From contig NW_024704742.1 in NCBI RefSeq assembly GCF_018977255.1, positions 92,754,001 through 92,818,000 of the forward strand: DNA of 64,000 bases. The letters run 5' to 3'. Within the stretch, counting starts at the first letter, position 1; each line of letters starts with the position of its first letter. The notes under the pieces were generated by a model. That model made no database searches. It worked only from the letters and a program-made list of their open reading frames with translations, and was not told the origin of the DNA. The stretch is from Callorhinchus milii. Its lineage: Eukaryota. Shown here piece after piece: positions 40,554 to 52,960 of this stretch. The position numbers and the translations under genes are program-made.

Positions 40554-41462
40554 TAAGCAACCAACCAAATATTGCACTTCTGAGAAAACCTGCTCCAGTG
40601 GATTCCAGGATTATTGGAAATTGCTTGAAACCACGATAATAAAAGAGCTTATTGAGCTCTTTTATTATCCTGGTCATTTACTTTTTAACTTGCCACCACA
40701 ACTCAATGAACAATCTCCACAAAACAATCTATGTTATCTATCAGCACATTTGTTCCATCTTACAATAAAAGGTTAACTGATAAGTACAAATTATATTAGA
40801 TTTTAAAGTAAATGTAACATAGATAGACTGATGGGAGCACAAATCGCAGTGAAACGCACAAACACAGAAATGACTGCCACGGTTGTATTTGTAAGACGGT
40901 CAATATACAGTATTTTGGAAATATGGCAAAGCCTAAGAAGAATAAAACAACCAAGGACAATACACAGATATGAACACAAAGTCACTTGTTCAATGGTTGT
41001 TTGTGGGATTATTGCTGTGCGTAACTGTGATCTTGCGTTTGCCTAATAACATTTCACAGTAAAACATGTGAAGTGCTTTCGAGACGTCCTTCTGACATGA
41101 TAAGGTGCTGTACCAAATGCAAGATTATTATTATTAACATCTCATCAGAGTTTAAAATCAACCTTTGGGTTTATGTATATATCTCGCTGTGCACAAACTG
41201 GAGGTCGGGTTTTCCCACAAAATAAGATGAGTCAATTCATTTTACGGTAATATCCTGTGAAGCACTTTGAGATGCATCGACGACGAGATAAGGCGCTATA
41301 TCAAATGCATAGATTATTATTCTGGTGTAAAGAAAGTAAAGAATAAACAAAACTGAGGGGAAAATAAGAGCCAAGTCAGTGGTGGCTCAGGAAGCAAACA
41401 ACATAACATATTCAGTCACCACCCACCCACAAAGTTACTCCGTCTCAGGCCCTCAGCTCCCT

Positions 41463-41941
41463 GTGTGTGTGTGTGTGTGTGTGTCTGTGGGTGTGTCTGT
41501 CTGTCTGTGTCTGTCTATGTATGTCTGTCTCTGTGTGTATGTGTGTCTGTGTGTGTCTGTCTATGTCTGTCTGTGTGTATCTGTGTGTGTACGTGTGTCT
41601 GTCTGTGTGTGTACGTGTGTTTGTGTGTGTCTGTCTGTGTACGTGTGTATGTCTGTGTGTATGTCTGTGTACGTGTGTGTCTGTCTGTGTGTGTGTGTCT
41701 GTGTGTGTGTCTATCTGTGTGTGTCTGTGTGTGTGTCTGTCTGTATGTGTGTGTCTGTCTGTCTGTCTATGTGTGTTTGTGTCTGTGTCTGTCTGTCTGT
41801 GTCTGTCTGTGTGTGTCTGTCTGTGTGTGTCTGTGTGTGTCTGTGTGTGTGTCTCTGTCTGTTTGTGTCTGTGTGTGTGTGTCTGTGTGTGTGTCTGTCT
41901 GTGTGTGTGTCTGTCTGTGTGTGTGTCTGTCTGTGTGTGTC

Positions 41942-41974
<33 letters not shown>

Positions 41975-42168
41975 CTGTCTGTGTGTGTCTGTGTGTGTGT
42001 CTGTGTGTGTATGTGTGTGTGTATGTGTGTGTGTCTGTGTGTCTGTGTGTGTGTCTGTCTGAGTGTGTGTGTATGTGTGTGTGTCTGTGTGTGTGTATGT
42101 CTGTGTGTGTCTGTGTGTGTGTGTGTGTCTGTGTCTGTGTGTGTCTGTGTCTGTGTGTGTGTGTCTGT
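41463..42168. repeat. Compound (TG)n/(TGTC)n microsatellite, ~700 bp
   Basis: Direct reading. Confidence 0.98.
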
Positions 42169-42424
42169 CACACACCAACAACAATCACAATAATGTTGGT
42201 ATTTGCTGTGACCGGTTGTCAAGCGCTTGAGGCTAAAAACTCCAGATCGACCTCAATCCTCGGGACCTGGGATCAGGCCCTGCAGTGTGGGAGCAGCGGG
42301 CAGTCAGTTACGGTGTACCCCGCCCTGTGCTCTCGTCTCCGGGTAAAAACCTCCTTATATATCTTTTAAATATATCTATATATTTTAAACCGCGACTGAC
42401 AAACACTGGAGGCCACAGCGGCTG

Positions 42425-42815
42425 CCGGGCCCCCGCCCCCTGAGCGGGCCCCCGGCCCCCGAGCGGGCCCCCGGCCCCCGCCGGGCCCCCGGTCCCCCTG
42501 AGCGGGCCTCCGGCCCCCCGCCGGGCCCCCGGGCCCCCTGAGCGGGCCCCCGGCCCCCTGAGCGGGCCCCCGGCCCCCCGAGCGGGCCCCCGGCCCCCCG
42601 CCGGGCCCCCGGTCCCCCTGAGCGGGCCTCCGGCCCCCGCCGGGCCCCCGGGCCCCCTGAGCGGGCCCCCGGCCCCCTGAGCGGGCCCCCGGCCCCCCGA
42701 GCGGGCCCCCGGCCCCCGCCGGGCCCCCGGTCCCCCTGAGCGGGCCTCCGGCCCCCTGAGCGGGCCCCCCGGGCCCCCTGGCCCCCCGCCGGGCCTCCGG
42801 CCCCCCGAGCGGGCG
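42425..42815. repeat. GC-rich ~20-bp minisatellite (ggccccctgagcgggccccc and variants)
   Basis: About 19 tandem units immediately after the SECISBP2 exon 1 donor. Confidence 0.95.
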
Positions 42816-42825
42816 AGTGTTTTAC

Positions 42826-42858
42826 CTTTGGTTGGCCAGTGCTTCTCCTCTCGGACAT
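42826..42858 (-). CDS. SECISBP2: SECISBP2 coding exon 1 ([11 protein letters not shown])
   Basis: GCC-ATG in a CpG island; donor AAG|GTAAAA; phase 0 joins exon 2. Confidence 0.85.
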
Positions 42859-42859
42859 G

Positions 42860-43430
42860 GCGAGTGGCGGCGAGAGGTTGCCTTGAAGCGGCCTCGGACA
42901 CACCATCTGCGCGTGTCACAACAACATGACCCGCTCCAGCAGCTGCCGCTCCTGCTGCCGGGCCCGGGCCCGGGGTCACACCCACACCCGCCGCTCCCCC
43001 CTCCCCGACAAGCCGAGCCGAGCGCTTGGCCACAACCCACACCGCACGTTTCGTAGCCCAAAGTGCACCAAACAGCAGCCCAAAAAGTAGCCCAATATGA
43101 CGTGTCGCCTCCCTCGCGGTGGGGGGGGGGGGGGGGGTAAGCAGCGGAGTGGACGGTTTAACTCGGGGCTTTTTTTTTTCGGACACGATGTAAGGAAAGG
43201 TCTTCTCAAAGGAAAGGGACCACAGCACGTGTGGTGGGTTTAAGTTTAAATAGATTATTTTTTTTTAAAAAAATTGGCACCCGCCCAAAGCCGTTTTTCA
43301 CGCCTAAACCCCGCCCAAATTGGGCGTGAACTCGCCCAATCTGACTGCATTGGTTGATGTCGGTCTGTTGCCTCCACCCACACACACTCCAGGCGGCCCC
43401 GCGGATCAGACAGAGAAAGTACACGTCGTT
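42860..43430 (-). promoter_or_regulatory. SECISBP2 CpG-island promoter/5'UTR
   Basis: CpG-rich; GC boxes (ccgccc at 43281 and 43311); CCAAT/ATTGG at 43092, 43273, 43319, 43336 and 43349; TGACGT at 43098. Confidence 0.72.
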
Positions 43431-43720
43431 TTATTGCCTTTATTTTGCCAAAAGTACCAATTTTTATTTTTTAATTTCCTTTAAATCATTTTTATCTTTC
43501 AAACGATTAAATTATTTTGTCTTTATTTGATTAAAATCCGTTTTTTTTTCATTTATTATGCCCGATGTTACGGTTTCCTTTTGCATTTTGTCTACCTTTC
43601 TTCTCCTTATATTTTTCTGTGCCACTTTTGGCAACATTTGGAAAACACATTTATTTCTCGCACTAAAGCAAACGATATAACACTATTGAGTATCAGTTTG
43701 GCTCCGAGTTAGAAGATTAT

Positions 43721-44000
43721 AATAATAATAATCCTTGCATTTGATATAGTGCCTTGTCACGTCTTCGAGATGTCTCAAAGCGCTTCACAGAATATACTAT
43801 GAAGTGAATTGACCGTATATTTTGTGGGTGAAACGCGGCGACCAATTGTGCAAAGCAGTGCCCCACAAACAGTTGTGGATTTAGTGATCAAATTTTTTTT
43901 AAGGGATCATTGCCCCCGAAAAAACGATCTGCCAATCAACTAACAACCGGGTTCCTAGAGGTAAGCAGTGGCGTGAGGAGTAAGGAAACTTGCTCAAGGT
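43721..44000 (-). mobile_element. tRNA-derived SINE, long form, 5'-truncated
   Basis: Same family, reverse complement. Confidence 0.85.
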
Positions 44001-44334
44001 TGTGGGTTCATGCCCCACGTCAGAACTTGAGCTAAACAGTTCTATAGGCTGCCAGTTCAGTGCAATATTGGGGGGTTGAGGTGAGGTCCTTTGGAAGAGA
44101 CGTTAAACTGCCTGTTAAGATGAATATTAAAGATCCCATGGAACTTTGAAAATATATTGTTTTGGAAATCTTTGCATACGTCAGGTTGTCTCAGAACTTC
44201 ACAAAATAATAATTACAATAATTCTAGCATTTGATATAACGCCTTATCGGGTCTTCGAGATGTCTCAAAGCACTTCACAGAATATACTGTAAAGTGAATT
44301 GACTATATAATTTGGGAGCGAAAAGCGGCAGTCA

Positions 44335-45750
44335 ATTGAGCGAGATGGGGGACGTGAAGCAAGCCAGAGTAGTTGAGCAGAGGGAGCGGGCAGGATGGTG
44401 GGGGGTTAGGAGGTTGCAGAGGTAGGGGGGAGCAAGACCATGGAGGGCTTTGAAGGTGAGGACCAGGATCTTGAACTGTATCCTCCGTGGGATGGGAACC
44501 CAGTGGAGTCGAGCGAAGATGGGGGTGACAGAGTCACAGAGTAGATACTGTGCGGGAGAGGACTCGGGCTGCAGAGTTCTGGATGATCTGCAGCCATGGA
44601 GGGAGGAGTATGGGAGGCCAACAAGCAGGGAGTTTGCACAGTCAAGCCTCGATGTAATGAAAACATGTATTGGCGGAGGGGCCTTCTGCCACTCTGCACC
44701 CACTCTCTAGAACTCCATCCCGCAGTCCCTCTCTCTCGCCCCCCTCCCTCTCCACCTTCAAGACCCACCTCCAGACCCTCCTCTTCGACCGTGCTTTCGA
44801 TCTCCCTGCTTCCTCCCCTGCCCTCCACCCTCCCCAACCCGGGTCCGTAACTCTGTCCGGGGCCTTGAGACGTCCTCCCAACGTGAAAGGTGCTATACAA
44901 ATGTAATTTTGTTGTTGTTGTTATATAAGGGTTTCAGGTGCCTGTGGTGTGAGACAGTGTCGGAGCAGGCCACGTTTGGAGGTGGGGAAAGGCAGAGCGG
45001 GTCACGGCACAGATGTGGAGTAGAAAGGATAGTCGAGGGTCAAGCAAGACCCCAAGGTTCTGGACTGGCTCAGTGAGGTGGAGTGTGCAACCATGGATGG
45101 TGATGCTGTCAGCACCTGAGGTGTGGAGGCGCTGATGGGAGCCAATCAGGGGAGCCTCGGTCTTGTTGATGTTCAACTGGCCGGTGGGTTAAAAAACCCA
45201 CCCTCGATCTTTCCAACCTCACAAACTTTAAACCAATCTCAAACCTGCCCTTCCTGGCCAAAGTTTTGGAACGCATGGTTGCCAATCAACTTTGCATAAA
45301 CCTGTCCTTCCACTCCTTACTCGAATCCCTCCAGTCTGGTTTTCGCTCTGCCCACAGGACAAACAGCGCTCGTCAAAATAGCAAATAATGTCCTCTCTCT
45401 GTGTGACCAGGGCTCCCTCTGCCTGCTCACTCTCCTCGACCTCTCCGACGGGTTTGACAGTCGATCACGTCATCCTCCTCCGACTCTCCTCCCTCAATCA
45501 TTTATTGGGACCATGGTTCGAGTCCTACTTCATGCCTCCCTACATTTCCAGCTTGCTCACACCCCACTCCACCACCCGATGCCTCTGCTTGGCCGGCTCC
45601 TGCCTCCTGTTCATCACCTACCCCCTCCGCTCCACCATCAGCGGCCCTGCTTTCAGTCACTACACCACAAAGCTCTGGAACTCTCTGCCCCAATGCCTCC
45701 ACCTTGCCCCTTCCCTCCCCACTTTCAAATTCCACCTAAAGACCTTCCTG
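44335..45750. mobile_element. Cluster of rearranged L2 fragments in both orientations
   Basis: LHWVPIP (-), 3' tail at 44660-44922 (+), KTEAPLIGS (-), PISNLPFL region (+). Confidence 0.85.
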
Positions 45751-45767
45751 TAGCTTCCTGTAGTTCG

Positions 45768-46093
45768 TGGAGTCCTGTAGTTCAGTGGTTAGAGCACTCG
45801 CTTTGCAAGCAAGAGACCCGAGTTCAATTCCAGGCAGAGGGCGAAACCTTGGGCAAGTTTCCTTACTCCACACAGAGCCTAATAATAATCCCTCCAAAAC
45901 CAAAAACAATAATAAAAAAAAATTGGTCATTTTCAATCTACGACTGTTTGTGGGACATTGCTGTGCGCAATTGGCCGCCGCGTTCGCCCACAAATATACA
46001 GTCAATTCACTTTAGTGTGTTCTGTGAAGCGCTTTGGGACGTCCCCCCGACGTGAAAAGCGCTATATCAAATGCAAGGATTATTATTATTATT
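45768..46093 (+). mobile_element. tRNA-derived SINE, short form, inserted in an L2 3' fragment
   Basis: Complete copy; flanks aaagaccttcct / ttttgatcgtgcttacg rejoin an L2 sequence. Confidence 0.92.
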
Positions 46094-46149
46094 TTTGATC
46101 GTGCTTACGCTTACCTCCCCCTCCCACTGGCTCAGGGTCAGACTCCGTA

Positions 46150-46316
46150 ATCTTCAAGGCTGAGACTGATAGATTTTTAAAAAATAGAGGGATTAGGGGA
46201 TATAGGGATAGGGCAGGTAATTAGAGTTAGGTCTGAAGATCAGCCATGATCTTATCAAATGGCGGGGCAGGTTGAAGGGGCCAAATGGCCTACTCCTGCT
46301 CCTAATTCTTATGTTC
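46150..46316 (+). mobile_element. CR1 3'-end fragment
   Basis: aggggccaaatggcctactcctgctcctaattcttatgttct is a typical CR1 tail. Confidence 0.7.
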
Positions 46317-47317
46317 TCTCCGGGACGCTACTCGGTATGAAGGGCGCTATGTAAATGCAAATTATTGTAGGCAAAAAGATAAGTTTCTAGTACCTGCCAT
46401 CCACTGTGAAGACTCAAACCTATGCTTGCCTGATTCATATTACCACTTCTGACTCCCTTACTTGTGGGCTAAGTTAAGTCTCCTTGGAGCTGAACTGGCT
46501 TTCCAAAGTGACATGAGTGGCAACAGAATGTCAGAATCAAATCAAGCTTTGTGGCAGTCCTACTTTTCCGATTCCAGACAGGTCAGCAGCATTCAAAGAG
46601 AACCTAGGTCTAAGATATACAGTAAAGTGGAGTAATTGGGTATTTTGCAAGCAAATTTTGTGGCAAATGTGGCCATCAATTTATGCACGATAATGTCCCA
46701 TAAACAGCCATAGTGAATGACCAATTTTATTTGAGGGATTGTTGTCCAGGACAGAATTTCTTTTCGAAGAGCCCTGAGATCTTTAATCCCACCTCAACAG
46801 GTAGATGGGACCTCAGTTTAACATCTCATCCAAAGTATGGCACATCCAACAATGCAGTATATCTCCAGCACTACATTGGAGTATCAGCATAGACTACATG
46901 AGTTCCAAGTTCTCACACAGGGCTTGAAACCACAATCTTCTAACCAGGGAGGTCCAAACTTTGTCTACCACTGGCCGGATTCCCAATTAGAAAAAGGTCT
47001 GCGGGCCTCATAAACATTTACACAGCACCATTTTTATGTTGAAAATATATCGCAAAGCACTAGATACTGTCAGCTGGGCACCTGAGCTGGGGTTGGGAGC
47101 TGAGGGCGGTGAGATGGGGACGGGAAAAGATGACCAAAAGCGTGGTCAGTTAGGTCTTGACTCAATAATTCTCTTCTCCCCCCCTCCCCACTTTCTTGCC
47201 TTTTCTATCTCCATATCAGGTGCACAGTTCACTATCTGCAGCCACAGGAGCCAGAAGTTGCTTTGGACGCAGTGGATAAGGAGACGTGCTTTCCTGAAAA
47301 ACATGCTTTGAAATATT

Positions 47318-47683
47318 GATCCTTGCATTTGACATAGTTCTTCACAACTTCTCAACATCTCAAAAGCTCTTTACAGAATATCAATAAAAATAAGTCACTC
47401 ATATTTGCGGATGAAACACGGAAGCCAATTGCGCACACCTGTGTCCCACCAACAGTCATGGATTGAGTGACTTATTTTTATTGAGCAAAACTTTTTGTGC
47501 GGGGATTATTATCCCCAGAGAAGTGATCTGCCAATCAACTAACAACCAGGTTCCTACTTACCGCTGGGTAAACAGAGGTGTGTGGAGTAAGCAAACCTGC
47601 CTAACCTTTCACCCTGCCCGGAATCAAACCCAGGTCTCTCGCTTGTGATGTGAGTACTCTAATCACTGAGCTACAGGACTCCA
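47318..47683 (-). mobile_element. tRNA-derived SINE, long form
   Basis: Complete copy, reverse complement. Confidence 0.88.
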
Positions 47684-48291
47684 TTGTTAGGATTTGGCTG
47701 TTTATAGTTACGATTTGGCTGCCATAGTATGCTCTACTTACTGTATGTCCCTGTAGCATAACTAGAGCAAAAAAAGGAAAACAATTCCCGCTGAGAATTT
47801 TGCTCTGATACAATAGGTTTCAAATAGTGTATGTAGACCAGAGGAAAGACCTAACCAAAACCCAATTCAGTCCATTTATTTCTGGGCTATCAACTGTTGT
47901 CGTTTTTACCTCCTTTTCATCCACTAAAACAATTAAAACTCCACCTCCAATAGATTTTAAAATGGGTTATAAATATTTCCACTCGCTTTGCAATAAACAC
48001 TATTTTGCATTCTTTATAGTTTATTTCAATTAATTCAAAGCACATGTATGGAATCTTAAACGATCATTATAAAAAAACATGTAGAAATCGGGCAATTACG
48101 ACAGGGATGGGAGAAAGAAAACATGCAACATTTAGTCCAAACCAGTTTTAACAAGTGAATACTGCACAAAAGCAGTACAAAAAGCTAGACGCTGTACACA
48201 TATTCTACCAATAATTTCCCTCAGGAATAATTAGAGGCATAAACCAACACAATCTTTTAAAAAAAAATCACACATAAGAGGTGCATTTAAC

Positions 48292-48297
48292 TTTATT
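48292..48297 (-). terminator. Probable CKS2 polyadenylation signal AATAAA
   Basis: tttatt on +, about 280 nt after the stop codon, followed on the minus strand by a U-rich tract. Confidence 0.6.
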
Positions 48298-48574
48298 CAC
48301 AACAGAAACCAGCGAAAGAGAAGACAAGAGAAAAATCCACATAAAAATAAACAGAAGCCATGGTCATTTCCTAGTGGAAGAAAACATCATTATGACTGCT
48401 AGTACAATTTCTTTTTTTAATAAATAGTCTAAACCCACTGTATCACAATGAGCTCTATTGCTGTTTAGAATACAGCTCATACACAGCTTTGAATGATTTT
48501 GTACAATTTTATGTATTCACTGAATACTAGAATATTTACAAAGTCCCAGAAGATTCCAGAAGAGTAAGTGAGAT

Positions 48575-48627
48575 TTATTTGTCTTGGTCTTTTGGAAGAG
48601 GTCTTCGGAAAAGCAGAATATGCGGCT
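48575..48627 (-). CDS. CKS2: CKS2 coding exon 3 (EPHILLFRRPLPKDQDK*)
   Basis: Acceptor tttttatttttag, stop TAA. Exons total 59+128+53=240 nt = 79 aa + stop. Adjacency to SECISBP2 favours CKS2 over CKS1B. Confidence 0.96.
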
Positions 48628-49200
48628 CTAAAAATAAAAACAAAAATGTCAATATAAATGTCATATAGCTCTGCAACTATTTAGTATACATTTTAACTAA
48701 AAGGGTTGCTGAACGTAGAACAAAAGAACTCTTAAAGTAATGACTGGCTATGAGCACACTTTGTACAGTCCTTCCACGATTCATTTTTAAAGAATAGGAA
48801 ATATCTTGATTTCAATGATTATTTTTTCCATTCCTAAAGACTCATCAATTCAGGTCTTCCAAGTAATTTCTGTTCCAAAGCTCAAACTGGCACCAATCTT
48901 TAGCAGGGATGCTAATACGATGGATGTTGCAAACATTGTATACTGAATGGAACATGGATATTTGATTTCCCCTCCCCCACAAATGATAGAAATTAGACCT
49001 TATCCAATGCCCCAAATCTTTCTACAAACTTCAATTTTGGAGATAGCAGTATTAAGAAACAGCTGAACAACTAAAAGCATTAATTTACATAATTACAAAA
49101 TTTGGCTACAGAAATAGTGGAAGAAACTTAACAGTTGCTAGGTATTTTGACGGCATGCGTTGCTTCGTCTAATGGCTCTTATCGTTTTTGGTCACTATAC

Positions 49201-49328
49201 CTGGTTCGTGCATCATATAATGGACCCATCCCAGAGACTGTTGAACACCCAGTTTTCGCCACTCATCTTCAGACATAAGATGAGTCTTTGGTACTTGCTT
49301 TGCAAGTTCTTTGGGTAACATAACATGC
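49201..49328 (-). CDS. CKS2: CKS2 coding exon 2 ([42 protein letters not shown])
   Basis: Acceptor tttctttaacag, donor G|GTATAG; 128 nt; CKS family signature; phases fit exons 1 and 3. Confidence 0.97.
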
Positions 49329-51429
49329 CTGTTAAAGAAACAAAATTAAAACAAAATCAACATCTGTAAGAGTCCAAACTGAGCCCAAACATTCCTTATA
49401 TTTGAAAATATGACAATGAAATAATAATTCTTTCCATTTAACATACCGCCTCACATCGCAGGAATTTACTGAAGTGCAGCGACTCTATTTTTTAGGCCAA
49501 CACAGCAGCCAGCTTTGTGTACAGTAATGTTCTACAAACAGCCATGACGTGGATAACCAATTTTATTTGGGGATTGTTGGCCAGCAAACCAGGAGGAACT
49601 CCCTTTTCTTTTCGATGGTGCCATCCACCTGACCATCAATTTTAATATCTCATCAGAAGGGTGGCACCTTTGATAATGCACCACATCCCCAGCACTGCAA
49701 GAGTGTCAAGACTAGACTAAATGATACTTATCTTCATAGGTAAAACCAAAGGAATAAACAATCTTCCTTTAATCATTCTCAATATGTGTGAAATATATGA
49801 AAGCCTCCAGAGAAGGATGCAGATGATTCAGAATATAATGCTAGATGAACATACAAATATTATCCTCAGGTCATTGCCTGGCGAATGTTATTAAAGCTTT
49901 TTTTCATAGCTGCATATGAAACAGCTGTAAAATGTGTAGAACAAACTAACTGGTGTAGGAGGATTCTACCCAGAAGGTAATAATAATTTGCATTCCAGAA
50001 TTTAGTCAAGATTGCCTTTGACACTCCCCATAACAAGAGGTTTATAAATTGGGATTGTAAAACCTTTAAGCGAAAGGTTTCTGGAATTCTGAAAGATCTG
50101 CAACCTTGTACTCCAATAAAAGTATGTTGTAATCCAGGTCTACAATTTTGCTGATAGTAAATTGAAAATATTCTCAAACCTGTAACCACAGAACGCAGCG
50201 CTTGTAGTATAAACTATACTTTTTTTCCCCCCAAAAGAAGCCCCATTTCGACTTGAAACTAGCTTGAGACCTTAGTCATCCTACACATCTAACAAATGAT
50301 GGTGGGAAGAAAGACAAGAGAATGAGCGTGAAAAACACCCTGCCTAACTGACGTAATTCACCAAATATATGCAGTCCTAGCAGGGCTGCAATCAGTTCCA
50401 AATGGCTGGTGTGTCAACAATCCTTGGGATTCATTGCTTTTGAAAATTCTTGCATTTATCACATTGCTGAGTCATCTCAAAAAAGTTTGGATAATTGCGA
50501 AGGGGCCACTATCTGAGGAACATTCAACTGCAGGACATCAGTGTGCGTATTGGACAATGGGGCATTAAGGTATTTTCCCAAGTATGTGCAGAAACATATC
50601 CCAAGATCATGCCTTACTGAAGCTCCAAATGCAATTTTTCATATTTGACACAAGAGTCCTGGTCTGCTCCCCACAAGAGACTTCTATGCAGCCTGCTGTT
50701 CAGTAAGAGTATACATGAGAACATGCTAAGATGTGCTATTTAGTATGGATAACATACAAGCACGTCATAAAGCCAAAGAAAGCAGGCTGAATGGTGCACT
50801 CTGAATTGATAAGCTATGTGCAACCATGAAATTAAACCCAATACTTTTTGTGGGCTAGACAAATTACATTATGAAAACAGGTACCAGCTGAGCTTGTGTT
50901 AGCATTTTGCTGAGAAATCAGTTCCAGCTGATCGAGAAATCTGTAATGTGGATTTATTTTTAAAACAAAAACTTAAAATAAGGGAAGCAGCACAAATGCA
51001 ATGTAGATCCTCAAATGAGTTGCCAAATGCAGAGCAGCGCCACACAAAACAGTTTGGGTGGCATATACATATGACATGAAGAATAAAATTAAATTATTCC
51101 TTCATTTAAATGTGCTATGTATATATCCCTTTGGCAACATCATCCTCCATAGGCATAGGGTCTACTTTCAAATGTATGCAGATGACATCCATCCTCTACT
51201 CTTGATTCCAGGACCATTCTGACCATTTGGCTCCCAAATGTCAATAATCCTTGCATTTTGATATCAACTCCTGGATGAGTTCTAACTCTTTACAGGTCAA
51301 TGTTGACAAGATTGAGGCCCTTTGATAAGCTCCAGCTCAGGGAGCTTGTGTGGAACCTCTTAAATGTCTTGTTTTAACTCGAACTGTTCTTCAAACTGTA
51401 CACTAACCACTGAAACATCACCCATTTCT

Positions 51430-52170
51430 GCTACGCCCCCCACAATCCTGACCTCTAGGCTCAATTTATTCGCCAACTATTTCTTCAACCTCCATTTCCT
51501 TCCCAAGGTCCTGGAACTAGTTGTCACTTCCTAGCTCCGTTCCTTCCTATCCTGCCACTTTCTCAACAAACCCCTCCAATCGGGTTTCCATGCCGCCAAA
51601 ACACATACAGCCTTGGTCAAAGTGACTAATGACATTTTGACCACCTGTGACCAGGGCTCCCTGTCTCCTTTGACACAGTCAACCATTCTATACACCTCTG
51701 CTACCTCTCCTCTCAACTTTCATGGTCCTGTCCTTGACTGGTTCACATCCTACCTTTTATACTGCCTGCACAAACATCTTCTCCCCCAACCCGCGCACTG
51801 TCTTGTGTGGTTTTCCTCGGGTGTCTGCCCTTGGTCCTTTCCAACATCTACATGCTCCCTCTTGGTGACATAGACATGGGGTCAACTTCCACATGTATAC
51901 GGATGACACCCAACTCTATTTCTCTGTCTCCACCCTCCAATCCAGGACCACAGCTGTCCTGACAGAATGTCAGTCAGACATGAAGTCCTGGACGAGAGCT
52001 AACTTTCTCCAGGTGAACGTCAACAAGACCGAGGCCCTCCTGATTGGTTCCCATCAGCACCTTCACACTTCCGACGCTGGCAGCATCACCATCCAAGGAT
52101 GAACACTCTACATCACTGAGCCAGTCCAGAACTTGGCGTCTTATTTCACCCTCAACTGTCCTTACATCCA
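51430..52170 (+). mobile_element. Degenerate L2 RT fragment in CKS2 intron 1
   Basis: [14 protein letters not shown] and KTEALLIGS translations. Confidence 0.85.
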
Positions 52171-52695
52171 TATAGCTCGTTTCACAGCAGCAGGCTTCTC
52201 AAAGACCTTATCAATGCTGGATGGGTACCCACACTGATGGGGGGAGCAGTTTGAAGATTCTAGTCTTTAAGAATTCAACACCCAAATGTCCTGGTAGCCC
52301 AGTCTAACCCAACAGTCTCCCAATATAGGAAACACAAGGCGACGTCACATCACCCATTGCTCCACCTTTCCAGAATTCCTCCACCTTATCCCCTTCATAA
52401 TATGCTGTCAGGCACGTATCCCCCCGACACAGCCCCTCAGATCAGGCTCCCAGTCAGTTTGAAGCATTTTGAGACATGGTCCCGAGGTGAATATCGCTTT
52501 GCAAATCTCAATTGGCAGCGTGTGATTTTATTGAATAAACTAATCCAAATTATAAAACATCAGTGCTGTCATGTAAATAACAGCATTTATCAAAACGATA
52601 AATTATTGAGACGATCAGTCACCAAAAGCACAAGGGAACAAAGCACAAATCCAAAGTATACAGTCAAATATAAAGTCAATTCATTTTACAGTATA

Positions 52696-52960
52696 AACAA
52701 AACCCAAAATATTGCCGATGCCGAAAACCTGAAACAAAAACAGAAGTTGTTGGGAACATACAGCAGGTCAGGCAGCATCTATGGAGAAAGGAAAGCGAGT
52801 CTACGCTTCGGGACTACGACCCTTGGTCAGACCTCATCTTTTCGGGTCCATGACCCTTCTGACCCAGGGTCGTGGACCCAAAACGTTGACTCACTTTCCT
52901 TTCTCCATAGATGCTGCCTGACCTGTTTGAGTGTTCCCAGCCACTTCTATTTTTGTTTCA
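52696..52960. mobile_element. Inverted pair of Penelope-like pLTR fragments inserted in a SINE tail
   Basis: Arms 52730-52831 and 52858-52960 are reverse complements; same family as 12250-12372. Confidence 0.75.

Noticed and set aside
40318..40776. Recurrent small ORFs starting MGKFPYST...
   Set aside because: Incidental translations of SINE copies with non-ATG starts
41379..42369. Long Val/Cys- or Thr/His-rich ORFs
   Set aside because: Translation of the TG/TC microsatellite
42425..42815. CRISPR-like regular repeat
   Set aside because: No unique spacers and no cas genes; vertebrate minisatellite
42308..43228. 306-aa Gly/Pro/Ala/Arg-rich ORF
   Set aside because: Stop-poor CpG island plus GC minisatellite; only the 11-codon exon 1, in another frame, is supported
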